DNA of 64,000 nucleotides, from positions 19,851 through 83,850 of the forward strand of contig SKSD01000056.1 in assembly GCA_007118145.1 (NCBI GenBank), in the 5' to 3' direction. Under the pieces are notes generated by a model that saw nothing but the letters and a program-made list of their open reading frames with translations, made no database searches and was not told the DNA's origin. Below, piece after piece: positions 1 to 8,389 of the stretch (positions are counted from its first letter, which is position 1; every line of letters begins with the position of its first letter). Position numbers and translations under genes: made by a program. The DNA is from Halobacteriales archaeon. GTDB lineage: Archaea > Halobacteriota > Halobacteria > Halobacteriales > SKSH01.

Positions 1-494
1 GGACCATCGACCGTCACCTCGATGAGGACATGTCCGTGGGTGACAGCCTCACCACAGACCTTCTTTTCCTCGGGACCAACGCTCTCGACCGTCGCTTGCA
101 GTTTTCCTCCGTCGATCGACAGGCCATCTACAGTGAGTTCGTCATAGCAGGTGTTCGGCCCACTCACCCACGCGTATAGGAGCACAGCTTCGTCGAAATC
201 AAACTCGTCGATATCGATTTCATCCAGTCTGTCCTCGAGTTGCCTCGCGGTGAGGGCTGCCTCCAATCGGTCAGCTGAATCGATCAAGATTGCTCCACCG
301 CGCTGATCGGATGATGCATCACCGGTCGGGTGTGAGAGGGTACTGCCGAGCGGGTGCACCTTCGACTCGACGATTCCAGCGCCATCTTCACCGGGTTGTC
401 CACCGACACCGAGGCTATCGAGACAGCCTGCTATTCCACCAACGGCTCCAAGTCCAGCTAGCTGGAGGGCACGTCTCCGGGTGATTCGATTCAT
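1..494 (-). CDS. Tat-signal lipoprotein of unknown function (partial; 3' end lies outside the window)
   Basis: Absent from the ORF track because it runs off the edge. Minus-strand ATG at 492-494 gives MNRITRRRALQLAGLGAVGGIAGCLDS, which has a twin-arginine motif, a hydrophobic stretch and a lipobox Cys. I translated the frame by hand and it stays open to position 1. Confidence 0.7.
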   Translation of the reverse strand, partial: MNRITRRRALQLAGLGAVGGIAGCLDSLGVGGQPGEDGAGIVESKVHPLGSTLSHPTGDASSDQRGGAILIDSADRLEAALTARQLEDRLDEIDIDEFDFDEAVLLYAWVSGPNTCYDELTVDGLSIDGGKLQATVESVGPEEKKVCGEAVTHGHVLIEVTVDG

Positions 495-1043
495 ATGCGT
501 GGTTATGGGTGGAGATGATAAACCCCTGACTCTAGTACAAATGCTGATTTCAGCTAGCACGAGCATGATCGATAGGTGAGGTGACCGATCTGGAAACTCG
601 TCCCCGATCAGGCTCGGACCAGTGACAACATCAGTGGCAAACCCATGCTCTGCGAGTGTGGATGAACGTTGCAGAAAATTCAAATCCACATTGCGAAGCC
701 ATAAAATTATGGGTAGAAGTACACTGAAAAATACCTATCTCTCGATCAAGATGCTATTGTATTCTGTCATATATCTTCTTCAGACTGACCAAAACGTTGA
801 TTTATAAATAAACCAATATTTCTGTTACTCCTCTGGAATCGCCATTCGGCCTGCTAATTTCCCATATTAATGGAATATTATGTGCTATCATGACAAACGA
901 ACAATGCATTATATATCAATTATATTTCTTTTCCGAAATCCACGAATAATTGAATTTTCGTCGAATGGTACCGATGATATCGATAACCAATCGCTGATAT
1001 CCGCACTGCGGAGTTGAGGATTTACGTGGCCGGAAAAAGCAAG

Positions 1044-1065
1044 ATTATATGTTAGTTCCCACCTA
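1044..1065 (+). promoter_or_regulatory. TATA-like ATTAT plus GTTCCCACCTA element, 17 nt upstream of the GTG at 1083
   Basis: The same 11-mer GTTCCCACCTA, preceded by ATTAT, recurs at 4986-5005, 16 nt upstream of the ATG at 5022. Confidence 0.3.
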
Positions 1066-1082
1066 GTAGCAGACGAATAAAC

Positions 1083-1436
1083 GTGAAACTCAGACAGCCC
1101 ACTGACTTCCTTATCTTGGAAGCCTTACAACTTTACGGTCGAAACGTCGCACCGAATCTCGCAGCCCACATCGACAAGAGCCGTAAGAACATCAACACCC
1201 GATTACCTGTCCTTTTGGATTACGGTCTGGTTGATAAAATCGGCCCATCGGATAACTCCGGTCTTTATGAGGTCACCGAGAAGGGTGTCGTGGTCTTGCA
1301 ACTTCGTGACGCGTATAACGAGGTCGAAGATTTTGATGGGTTGGTCGACCGTCGCCTCCAGGCTAACGAAGGTTCTGCCGCGGCTGAGGTATTCGTCCGA
1401 GGCTCACGCAACGTCGAGGAATCGGACGACGAGTAA
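1083..1436 (+). CDS. winged-helix DNA-binding protein, phiH1-repressor-like
   Basis: 117-aa ORF with a GTG start. LILEAL...NLAAHIDKSRKNINTRLPVLLDYGLV...YEVTEKG fits the wHTH pattern of haloarchaeal/halovirus phiH1-repressor-like proteins. It has an acidic tail and follows a 460-bp AT-rich gap. Confidence 0.65.
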   Translation: MKLRQPTDFLILEALQLYGRNVAPNLAAHIDKSRKNINTRLPVLLDYGLVDKIGPSDNSGLYEVTEKGVVVLQLRDAYNEVEDFDGLVDRRLQANEGSAAAEVFVRGSRNVEESDDE

Positions 1437-1635
1437 CACGTTTCGTGCCTCTTTGAGACGTCTCACAGCTGTCAGTAGCGTCGTTTTGCTGGATCCGTTG
1501 ACACACTCAAGTGAGCTGTGGTGGACTCGGTCGTGAGCCACAGTATGTTCCCCTCCTCTCACGCCCCTATGAGATGGCCCTGGTCCACCGCTTTCAAAAT
1601 GGTTAAAGCCGATTCAGCACCCATGTCGAGGATGT

Positions 1636-1708
1636 GGGCCGGTAGGGTAGCCTGGCATCCTTCGGCCTTCGGGTGGCCGTAACCGCAGTTCGAATCTGCG
1701 CCGGCCCA
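1636..1708 (+). tRNA. tRNA-Pro (anticodon CGG)
   Basis: Cloverleaf folded by eye. Acceptor GGGCCGG/CCGGCCC, anticodon stem CGGCC/GGCCG, loop TTCGGGT (anticodon CGG), T-arm CGCAG-TTCGAAT-CTGCG. No encoded CCA. Confidence 0.85.
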
Positions 1709-1748
1709 CTATTCCAGTGCTGCGAAGTCTCTTGAGAGCGACTGCCGT

Positions 1749-2786
1749 TCAACCCGGTTGTGTCGGGACGTACGGACAGAGCGGATCTTGTGCGAGTGGG
1801 TCTCCCGAGGCCGCGAAGGCACGTGATCGACTCCCTCCGCAAAGCTCGTTGAACTCGCAGTCACCACATTTGCCCTTGAGGGAGGAGCGGTCGCGGAGGT
1901 GCTGGAAGAGCTCGCTCTCGCGATAGAGGGTCACGGGATCTGCATCCCTGACGTTCCCGACCGAATACGGGAGGAACCCAGAGGGGGTCACCTCGCCAGT
2001 ATGGCTGACGAACATGAACCCATCACCTGCAATAATCCCGTGAGAGCCACCGAGACCCTGTCGGGGTGACGGTTCGTGTTGCTCGATGATACGTCGATAC
2101 ATCGGTGCCTCAGTGGTTTTCACACCGAATGGCATCTCCGCAGCTGTTTCAGCCAACCAGATGAGACACTCCTCGGCTTGAGTCGGGGTCAGCCCTTCGA
2201 GTTCAACCCCCCGACCGACCGGGACGAGGAAGAATAATGCCCACATGACGGCATCGAGCGCGTTCACCCGGGTGGCGATCGCAGGGAGATCGTCGACCGT
2301 GTCCTGACAGACCGTCGTGTTGATCTGCAACGGTAGTCCGACCTCCTTCGCCCACGTCGCGGTACGGACGATCGAGTCGAAGCTCCCGTCCTCACCTCTG
2401 AAGGTGTCGTGGGACGTGCTATCTGGTCCGTCCATACTCAAAGCGATGCGTCTCACCCCGAGTTGCTTGAATGACCTGACCGTCTCTCTCGTGAGTGCAT
2501 CAGTGGCGCTCGGTGTGAGTGTGATGGTGAGTCCGGCTTCGGTCCCGTGCTCGATCAACTCGAAGAGATCTGGCCGCTTGAGGATATCACCACCAGTGAA
2601 CACCACGAGTTGTCGATCACTAAAGCGTGAGATCGCATCGAGGAGTGCCTTGCCCTCAGCAGTCGTGAGTTCGTTGGGATGTCGATCTGGTGTTGCATCC
2701 GCACGACAGTGGTCACATGATAATTCGCATGCCCGGGTCAACTCCCAGGCAATGATGAATGGCCGGTCGTCGGTATCGATGTGCAT
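1749..2786 (-). CDS. radical SAM / SPASM-domain protein (AhbC/AhbD/NirJ-like; subfamily unresolved)
   Basis: 345 aa. CELSCDHC (CxxxCxxC) lies near the N-terminus. The C-terminus has a Cys-rich region, CGDCEFNELCGG...CPY. Confidence 0.8.
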   Translation of the reverse strand: MHIDTDDRPFIIAWELTRACELSCDHCRADATPDRHPNELTTAEGKALLDAISRFSDRQLVVFTGGDILKRPDLFELIEHGTEAGLTITLTPSATDALTRETVRSFKQLGVRRIALSMDGPDSTSHDTFRGEDGSFDSIVRTATWAKEVGLPLQINTTVCQDTVDDLPAIATRVNALDAVMWALFFLVPVGRGVELEGLTPTQAEECLIWLAETAAEMPFGVKTTEAPMYRRIIEQHEPSPRQGLGGSHGIIAGDGFMFVSHTGEVTPSGFLPYSVGNVRDADPVTLYRESELFQHLRDRSSLKGKCGDCEFNELCGGSRSRAFAASGDPLAQDPLCPYVPTQPG

Positions 2787-2947
2787 CTTCGCTGTCAGGC
2801 TGCGCTTGGACAGGACTCCTATTCAAGTGTATATGCCATTCCCATCCCCTGAAAGCCGGGGGACTGAGTACGAGGTGATGCAGTGCTTGAGATGGTCGCC
2901 GAGAACGAGTCGAACCGGTTATTTGACAGCCTCCATTTCGAGAATTC

Positions 2948-3394
2948 ATGGAGCTGATTGAGGATTCACTCGATATATCGATTGACACATTCCTCGAGAG
3001 ACCGCAGTTTTGCTACCTGGCGAATGTCTCGCAAGATTGTGAGCCACGGGTGTCTCCACTATGGTACCTCTGGGAGGACGGGAGCATCTGGATCATCGCA
3101 GGTACTGAGAAATCATACTATCAGCGAGTGCTCGAGAACCCGCCGACGGCCATCGCCTTCATGGATTTCGATGTAACGACTGGTAGGGTACATCACGTGG
3201 GGATGCGTGGCACCTCGTCGATCGTCCCTTTAGATCAAGACCGAGTTGCCCGCCTACTCCGTCGTTACCTTGGAGACGAGACGGACCGCTGGGACCCGAG
3301 ATTCATCGATATCGACCCAGATCGCTGGCATCTCATCCGATTCGACCCTGAGACTGTCGTGGCTCGAGATCAATCGTTCGAACCGAGCCTTTGA
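2948..3394 (+). CDS. pyridoxamine 5'-phosphate oxidase (PPOX)-family protein
   Basis: 148 aa. The pattern PRVSPLWYLWEDGSIWI...VARD is typical of the split-barrel PPOX / F420-dependent family. Confidence 0.6.
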   Translation: MELIEDSLDISIDTFLERPQFCYLANVSQDCEPRVSPLWYLWEDGSIWIIAGTEKSYYQRVLENPPTAIAFMDFDVTTGRVHHVGMRGTSSIVPLDQDRVARLLRRYLGDETDRWDPRFIDIDPDRWHLIRFDPETVVARDQSFEPSL

Positions 3395-3431
3395 CGAGTA
3401 TGTGTACAATCGTCGATTGCCCCTCGTGTGT

Positions 3432-3854
3432 TCACAGCCCGCCACGACCACCGATACGTCGGTCGACATCGCCTGTCAACTTGAAGTAGCGACCACCACC
3501 GACGATGTCGAACGCGAAAAAGAGCATCGCCACTGATGCGCCGATGACGATGATCACCGAGACGATGTGGGTCAACGAGGTATGCCCACCGATGAGTTCG
3601 AGAAGATACGGGACAGGCACCGTGATGGCGACCAGCACGACCCCGAGTGCGATACCCTGTCGCCACCTGAGGGTGATGCCACCTACGGTGATCTCGGCAT
3701 AGGTCGAGCTCACGATGAACAACAGCCCTGCGATGACGAGAAGTACGAGCAGGCCGGTGTCGACCAACGACTCCGGGACACCATACATCGCCAACATCAC
3801 GATAGGGACGATGATGACGAGCACGCCGAGGTATCTGAATGCGGACTGCCGCAT
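3432..3854 (-). CDS. integral membrane protein (about 4 TM helices)
   Basis: 140 aa with four long hydrophobic segments. Convergent with the PPOX gene. Confidence 0.6.
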   Translation of the reverse strand: MRQSAFRYLGVLVIIVPIVMLAMYGVPESLVDTGLLVLLVIAGLLFIVSSTYAEITVGGITLRWRQGIALGVVLVAITVPVPYLLELIGGHTSLTHIVSVIIVIGASVAMLFFAFDIVGGGRYFKLTGDVDRRIGGRGGL

Positions 3855-3989
3855 GATACCTTCGCATTATCGGTGTATGCATTAAACCTTAGGAGACAGC
3901 AAGTCGCAACTCGATTCCCGCTGGTGATAGCAGTCGACGGTCGTGATTGCCCATACAGCAAAGTGTCTCTACGTGGTATCGTCGGATCG

Positions 3990-4934
3990 ATGAAGCGCCT
4001 CTTGCGGTACGTCATCTATCGCGAGCTCTACAGAGCGATGAGGGGCACGAATAAGGATACAACCGATAGCGAGAAGGCGAACGTCCGTCAGACGATCGAC
4101 GAGTTGGATGTGGAACGGCTCCCGTCAGCAGGTGAGTCACTCGAGTCGCCTGAGCAGGTCAAGGCGGTGTTGCAACAGATGGACCCGTTCGCCTTCGAGA
4201 GGCTGGTCGCCGATCTCTGGCAACGCATGGGATGGACGACAGAGATCCCACAACACGGCCCGGATGAGGGAGTGGATGTCATCGCCAAGAAGTCGATCCC
4301 GTACGACCAGACCACGTTGATCCAGGCAAAGCGGTACGGTCCAAACACCACGATCGGTTCACCCGAGATTCAGCAGTATGCAAGCCTGAAACGTCAGTAT
4401 GATAACGTCGACAAAGTCGTCATGGTCACGACGAATACGTTCACCGGGCAGGCGGTCGAGATGGCAGATCGTCTCAATGTCTAACTGGTCGATGGTGAAG
4501 ACCTCGTCGGACTGCTTTCTGCGTACGATGGTGCCGATATCATCGATGACCACGTGCCGTTTGTCACCCTTCAGGCTGAGGATGAGCAGGGGGTCTCTGA
4601 GAAGGAGCCTTCTGACGGTGTGGCGACGCCGTCGGCACCACTTGAACGAAGTAGGTGGTACTGGGGTGTGGTGGCGACGAGCGCACTGTGGGTCGCCTAC
4701 CTGATAACGGTAGAACCCCTTGGGGAGACGTCCATGATGGTGTTCGGTCTTCCTGCCTGGGTGATGTTACCGATCAGTCTCTATCTCGATGCTCGAGAGC
4801 TGGATGACTCGGTCGATTGGCCTGCCCATCTCTGGGCATACATCCTTATCGCGTCGATCCCGGTCATCGCCATCATCAGCGGTCTCATGTACCTCCTCAA
4901 GCGACACCAGGTGAGCGAGCGAGCGACATCGTAG
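3990..4934 (+). pseudogene. Mrr-type restriction-endonuclease domain fused to a C-terminal membrane domain, interrupted by an in-frame TAA
   Basis: ATG at 3990 gives MKRLL...FERLVADLWQRMGW...VDVIAKK...LIQAKRY...TTNTFTGQAVEMADRLNV, then TAA at 4482-4484. The same frame continues as LVDGEDLVGLL and on to ORF 4554..4934, which has two or more TM helices (4554-3990=564, a multiple of 3). Confidence 0.7.
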
Positions 4935-4985
4935 ACGCGTGTCTGGTATATCGGAGTTGATGCCCACCAAAGAAAAGGTATCAAC

Positions 4986-5005
4986 ATTATGTATGTTCCC
5001 ACCTA
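4986..5005 (+). promoter_or_regulatory. second copy of ATTAT plus GTTCCCACCTA, 16 nt upstream of the ATG at 5022
   Basis: Exact 11-mer match to 1055-1065, with near-identical spacing to the start codon. Confidence 0.3.
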
Positions 5006-5021
5006 AGCGATATTCACACAC

Positions 5022-5832
5022 ATGGACATAATCGACCGCATCAAACGTGGTATCACACTGACAATTGATAGCATCCACGTCCTCCGTCATCATCCACGGT
5101 TGATGCTGTTTCCGTTGGTAAGCGGTGTGACCGGTTTGTTGTTCCTTGGGATATTCTTCGGGGTGCTGTTCGGTGTGGTGCGTTTCACACTCAACGAGAT
5201 CATGGTGATCTTCTTCTTTATCCTCTATCTCGTCCTCACATTCGTCACGACCTTCTTCACGGCTGGACTCGTCCATCAGACCCGCCACGTCCTCGATGGT
5301 GGTCAACCAAGTCTCAAGGCAGGTGTCAACGCTGCCTGGGAGGTCAAGACACAGCTGTTCGTCTGGGCACTCATCGCCGCGACGATAGGGGTCATCATCA
5401 ACGGGTTGGAGAACTCAGATTCGAGGGCAGCACGGATATTTGGAACCATCTTCGGTTTCGCGTGGACACTGCTGACGTTCTTCATCGTCCCAGTGATTGT
5501 CTTTGAGGACACGGATGTGAAGGGGATGTTCACCCGAAGCATGGGTACCTTCAAACAGACCTGGGGTGAGACCCCCCATCAGCATGCTTGGTGTGCAACT
5601 CGTCTCAGTCGTCATCGCGATACCGGTGGTGCTCATCGGGTTGCTCTTGCTGTCCATCAACCCGATCCTCGGGATTGCAGTCATCCTCATCGGAATCTTG
5701 GTCGCCTTCCTCGTGGTGCAGACCCTTGAGGGGATTATCAAGACGACGCTGTACCTCTATGCCACTGAGGGTAAACGCCCTCAGGAGTTCGATAATGTCG
5801 ATTTCGACGAATTGGGAACTACTGCTGGATAA
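5022..5832 (+). pseudogene. multi-TM membrane protein (DUF6159-like) with a frameshift in a C6 run
   Basis: ORF 5022..5729 reads plausibly up to ...FKQTWGETP, then becomes low-complexity. ORF 5566..5832, one frame over, continues as PISMLGVQLVSVVIAIPVV with TM helices. The switch lies at CCCCCC (5572-5577); removing one C joins the two. Confidence 0.7.
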
Positions 5833-5912
5833 CCTCAGCTACGTTTGAGGCCAGGCGGTGGTGGCGTAGGCGACGATGCCTCGGCGAACGTGTGTGATCG
5901 GAACGGGTCCAC

Positions 5913-6074
5913 TCAGGAGGATGGTGGGAGTGTATATACCGCTATCTCAGTCGATTCACAGTGGGTACATGCAGTCTGTTCAGCGGTAAGTTTCGTCCCA
6001 CAGTGTCGACACTCGTAGATGGTCTCTGTGCGATCGACAAACCGGTCGATGACGGTGCCGAGCGACCGAATCAT
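5913..6074 (-). CDS. small zinc-ribbon protein (53 aa)
   Basis: Below the ORF-track length cut-off. Hand translation gives MIRSLGTVIDRFVDRTETIYECRHCGTKLTAEQTACTHCESTEIAVYTLPPSS, with two CxxC pairs. Confidence 0.55.
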   Translation of the reverse strand: MIRSLGTVIDRFVDRTETIYECRHCGTKLTAEQTACTHCESTEIAVYTLPPSS

Positions 6075-6455
6075 GGTAGCTCACCCGCTGTGTGCGTACC
6101 TCGGCCAATCAGACAGCCGTCGTTATGTGCCCACCAAGCGGCTTGGCGGGCTGTCGTGGCAGTCATCCCTTCACCCCTACACCATGGTATTGACACCATC
6201 TGCTTTAATACCTGTCCATGAAAAAGAGACAGGTCAGTTATCTATACTACATCAGGTATTGATATTCGAACACTCCCTCGGTGTCTGAGGTTACGTCCCT
6301 GCTAAATTCTGACGAATCTAATATATCAACTTGCTTTTATATATGGTAATTATATATAGTAATTAGCAATAACAATTTCAATGAGACCTTCGAAGACCCC
6401 CGTTAGCAGCGGCGTCAGAAAAACTATATCAATCGATAGAACCGAGGCCTGAGCA

Positions 6456-7727
6456 ATGGGTGAACGGTACGAGATCGTCATCGCAGGTGCTGGACCAGCC
6501 GGTGCTCAGTGTGCTCGCGATCTCGCGGCGCGTGGATACGATGTGCTCGTTTGCGAGACCGAGGCTGAGGATGTGTTCCCCCGGACGAGCAACAAGTCGA
6601 CTGCTGGTACGTTCCCCAGGATGACAGCAGCCTATGGTGTACCTGACGACGTGGTGATGAACTTCACCGATAGCGTCGTGCTCGAGTCGCCCAACGATTA
6701 CTACAAGGCAACACAGCCAGGTGCCGTGCTCGATTTCGGGGCGTTCAAGCGCTGGCTCGTCGCTGAGGGGCGTGATCACGGTGCCTCGTACCAATTCGAT
6801 GCTCGAGTGACCAAACCGATCACCGAGGGCGACGAGGTGCTCGGTGTGTATATCAACGGTGACGAGGAGGTCTATGCCGACATCGTCATCGACGCGACCG
6901 GCCCAGCCGCACCGCTTGCGAAGGCACTCGACGTGGTCAACCTCCGTCGGGAGAATCACGCGATCGGCATCGAGTACGAGATGGAGAACATCGAGGTTGC
7001 TTACGATGGCTATGCCGACCTGACGGATGCGATGATGCTCCGCCTCGACCATGATGTTGCCCCCGGCGGCTACGCGTGGATCTTCCATACCGGTGAGGAT
7101 ACCGCCAAGGTCGGTCTCTGTTACATCCAGAACGCCCGACATCTCGACTACGCCCAGGAGGGCCGCACCGTGGATGGCTACCTGGAGTACTGGCTCGAAA
7201 ACGACCCGAGACTTGTCGATGCGGTTGAGATCGAGGGGCGACAGCAACACCGCGGTTCCGCACACATCCAGCTCCCTGGCAGGATGAGTACCGACTCGTT
7301 CATGGCCATCGGTGACACGGTCCCCTCCGTCGATCCGGTGTGGGGTGAGGGTATCCACAAGTGCATGGAATCCGGTCGGGCGGCTGCCATCGTCGCCGAT
7401 CATGCCCTCACAGGCGAGCTGGACACCTCTGCCGAGACGATGGCGTTGTACGATGACCTCTGGCACGAGCGGGTGGCCCCCAATGTCAAGAACCGCATGA
7501 TGCTCGCCGAGTTGCTCTACCTCGCATCGAACGAGCGCTATGACCGGTTCATGCGCGACCTGAATCGATTGCCCAAGGAGACGCTCTCGAAGGCCAATGC
7601 CGGTGACAGGCTCGCCATGATGCGGTTGCTCCACCTCGAGGATGCACCACGTCTGTTCAAGTTCGCCAAGGAGCGTCTCGGCCTCGGAACCGGTTCACGC
7701 TTCGGTCAGCCGGGCTCACCAACGTAA
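6456..7727 (+). CDS. FAD-dependent geranylgeranyl-reductase-family oxidoreductase
   Basis: 423 aa. The N-terminus has VIAGAGPAGAQCARDLAARGYDVLVCE, a GxGxxG Rossmann motif. Length and layout fit the archaeal GGR family. Confidence 0.8.
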   Translation: MGERYEIVIAGAGPAGAQCARDLAARGYDVLVCETEAEDVFPRTSNKSTAGTFPRMTAAYGVPDDVVMNFTDSVVLESPNDYYKATQPGAVLDFGAFKRWLVAEGRDHGASYQFDARVTKPITEGDEVLGVYINGDEEVYADIVIDATGPAAPLAKALDVVNLRRENHAIGIEYEMENIEVAYDGYADLTDAMMLRLDHDVAPGGYAWIFHTGEDTAKVGLCYIQNARHLDYAQEGRTVDGYLEYWLENDPRLVDAVEIEGRQQHRGSAHIQLPGRMSTDSFMAIGDTVPSVDPVWGEGIHKCMESGRAAAIVADHALTGELDTSAETMALYDDLWHERVAPNVKNRMMLAELLYLASNERYDRFMRDLNRLPKETLSKANAGDRLAMMRLLHLEDAPRLFKFAKERLGLGTGSRFGQPGSPT

Positions 7728-7779
7728 TCAAGACGGCGGTTCCAGCAGGTTTTCAATATGGCTACCCAAACCGTGAGCC

Positions 7780-8352
7780 ATGGCAGACGAGTCAGCACTC
7801 AGGTGGGAGACACTCGACCGAGCGCGCTCACATACCTGTAGTGCGTTCGAGGTGTTCACCGACAGGGTGCGGCTCCCCGATGGCAGTGAGTCACGCTTTG
7901 ATTTCGTCCGTGAACCACCCAGTGCGGTCGTCCTCGGCCTGACGATGGACGAGGAGGTGGTCGTCGTCGAGGAGTACCGCCATGCCGTCGGACGCATCGC
8001 CCTCGGGTTGCCAGGTGGCTCTGCAGAGCCGGGCGATGAGGACATGAGTGAGACGGCTGCGCGTGAGCTGTACGAGGAGGCGGGGTATCGTGCAGCGATG
8101 TTCGAGGCTCTCCTCGTCGCCGAACCGGCCAACGGATTACTCGACTCTGTGCGATACTACTACGTCGCCAGAGGCTGTCGACATGTCGGCGAGACCGACC
8201 GAGATGCTGATGAATCGATGCGTGTCCGGACGATGCCGCTGTCTGAGTTGCTCGACCTCGTGCGACGTGGTGAGGTCCGTGACGAGCGGACCGTCACCGC
8301 GGCGTTGATGTACGATGCGAAGGCGCGAGCGCGGGAGGTAGAGTCTCCGTGA
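7780..8352 (+). CDS. NUDIX hydrolase
   Basis: Nudix box GLPGGSAEPGDEDMSETAARELYEEAGY. Confidence 0.85.
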   Translation: MADESALRWETLDRARSHTCSAFEVFTDRVRLPDGSESRFDFVREPPSAVVLGLTMDEEVVVVEEYRHAVGRIALGLPGGSAEPGDEDMSETAARELYEEAGYRAAMFEALLVAEPANGLLDSVRYYYVARGCRHVGETDRDADESMRVRTMPLSELLDLVRRGEVRDERTVTAALMYDAKARAREVESP

Positions 8353-8389
8353 TGGGTCAACACATCTGTTGCGCTGATGGACGAGTACC

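Noticed and set aside
620-1082. AT-rich island as a replication origin
   Set aside because: No orc1/cdc6 gene is adjacent, and I found no ORB-like inverted repeats with G-strings.
1636-1708. Integrated provirus or integrative element at the three tRNA genes
   Set aside because: No integrase, transposase or capsid-like gene is present. I could find no duplicated tRNA 3'-end sequence near tRNA-Pro, tRNA-Leu or tRNA-Gly.
3567-3989. 141-codon N-terminal extension of the Mrr-like ORF in the track (3567..4484)
   Set aside because: It overlaps the minus-strand membrane gene 3432..3854 and is Asp/His/Arg low-complexity. The internal ATG at 3990 gives a normal N-terminus.
4482-4484. In-frame TAA (and the TAG at 43690-43692) as programmed recoding or pyrrolysine
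   Set aside because: No pyl genes or recoding signals are visible. The TAG sits in a gene that also carries several frameshifts. Simple inactivation is the economical reading.
6429-7634. 401-aa minus-strand ORF covering the geranylgeranyl-reductase gene
   Set aside because: It is antisense to a gene with a clear FAD-binding motif. The translation is Gly/Arg/His/Val-rich with no motif, which is the typical long shadow ORF of GC-rich DNA.
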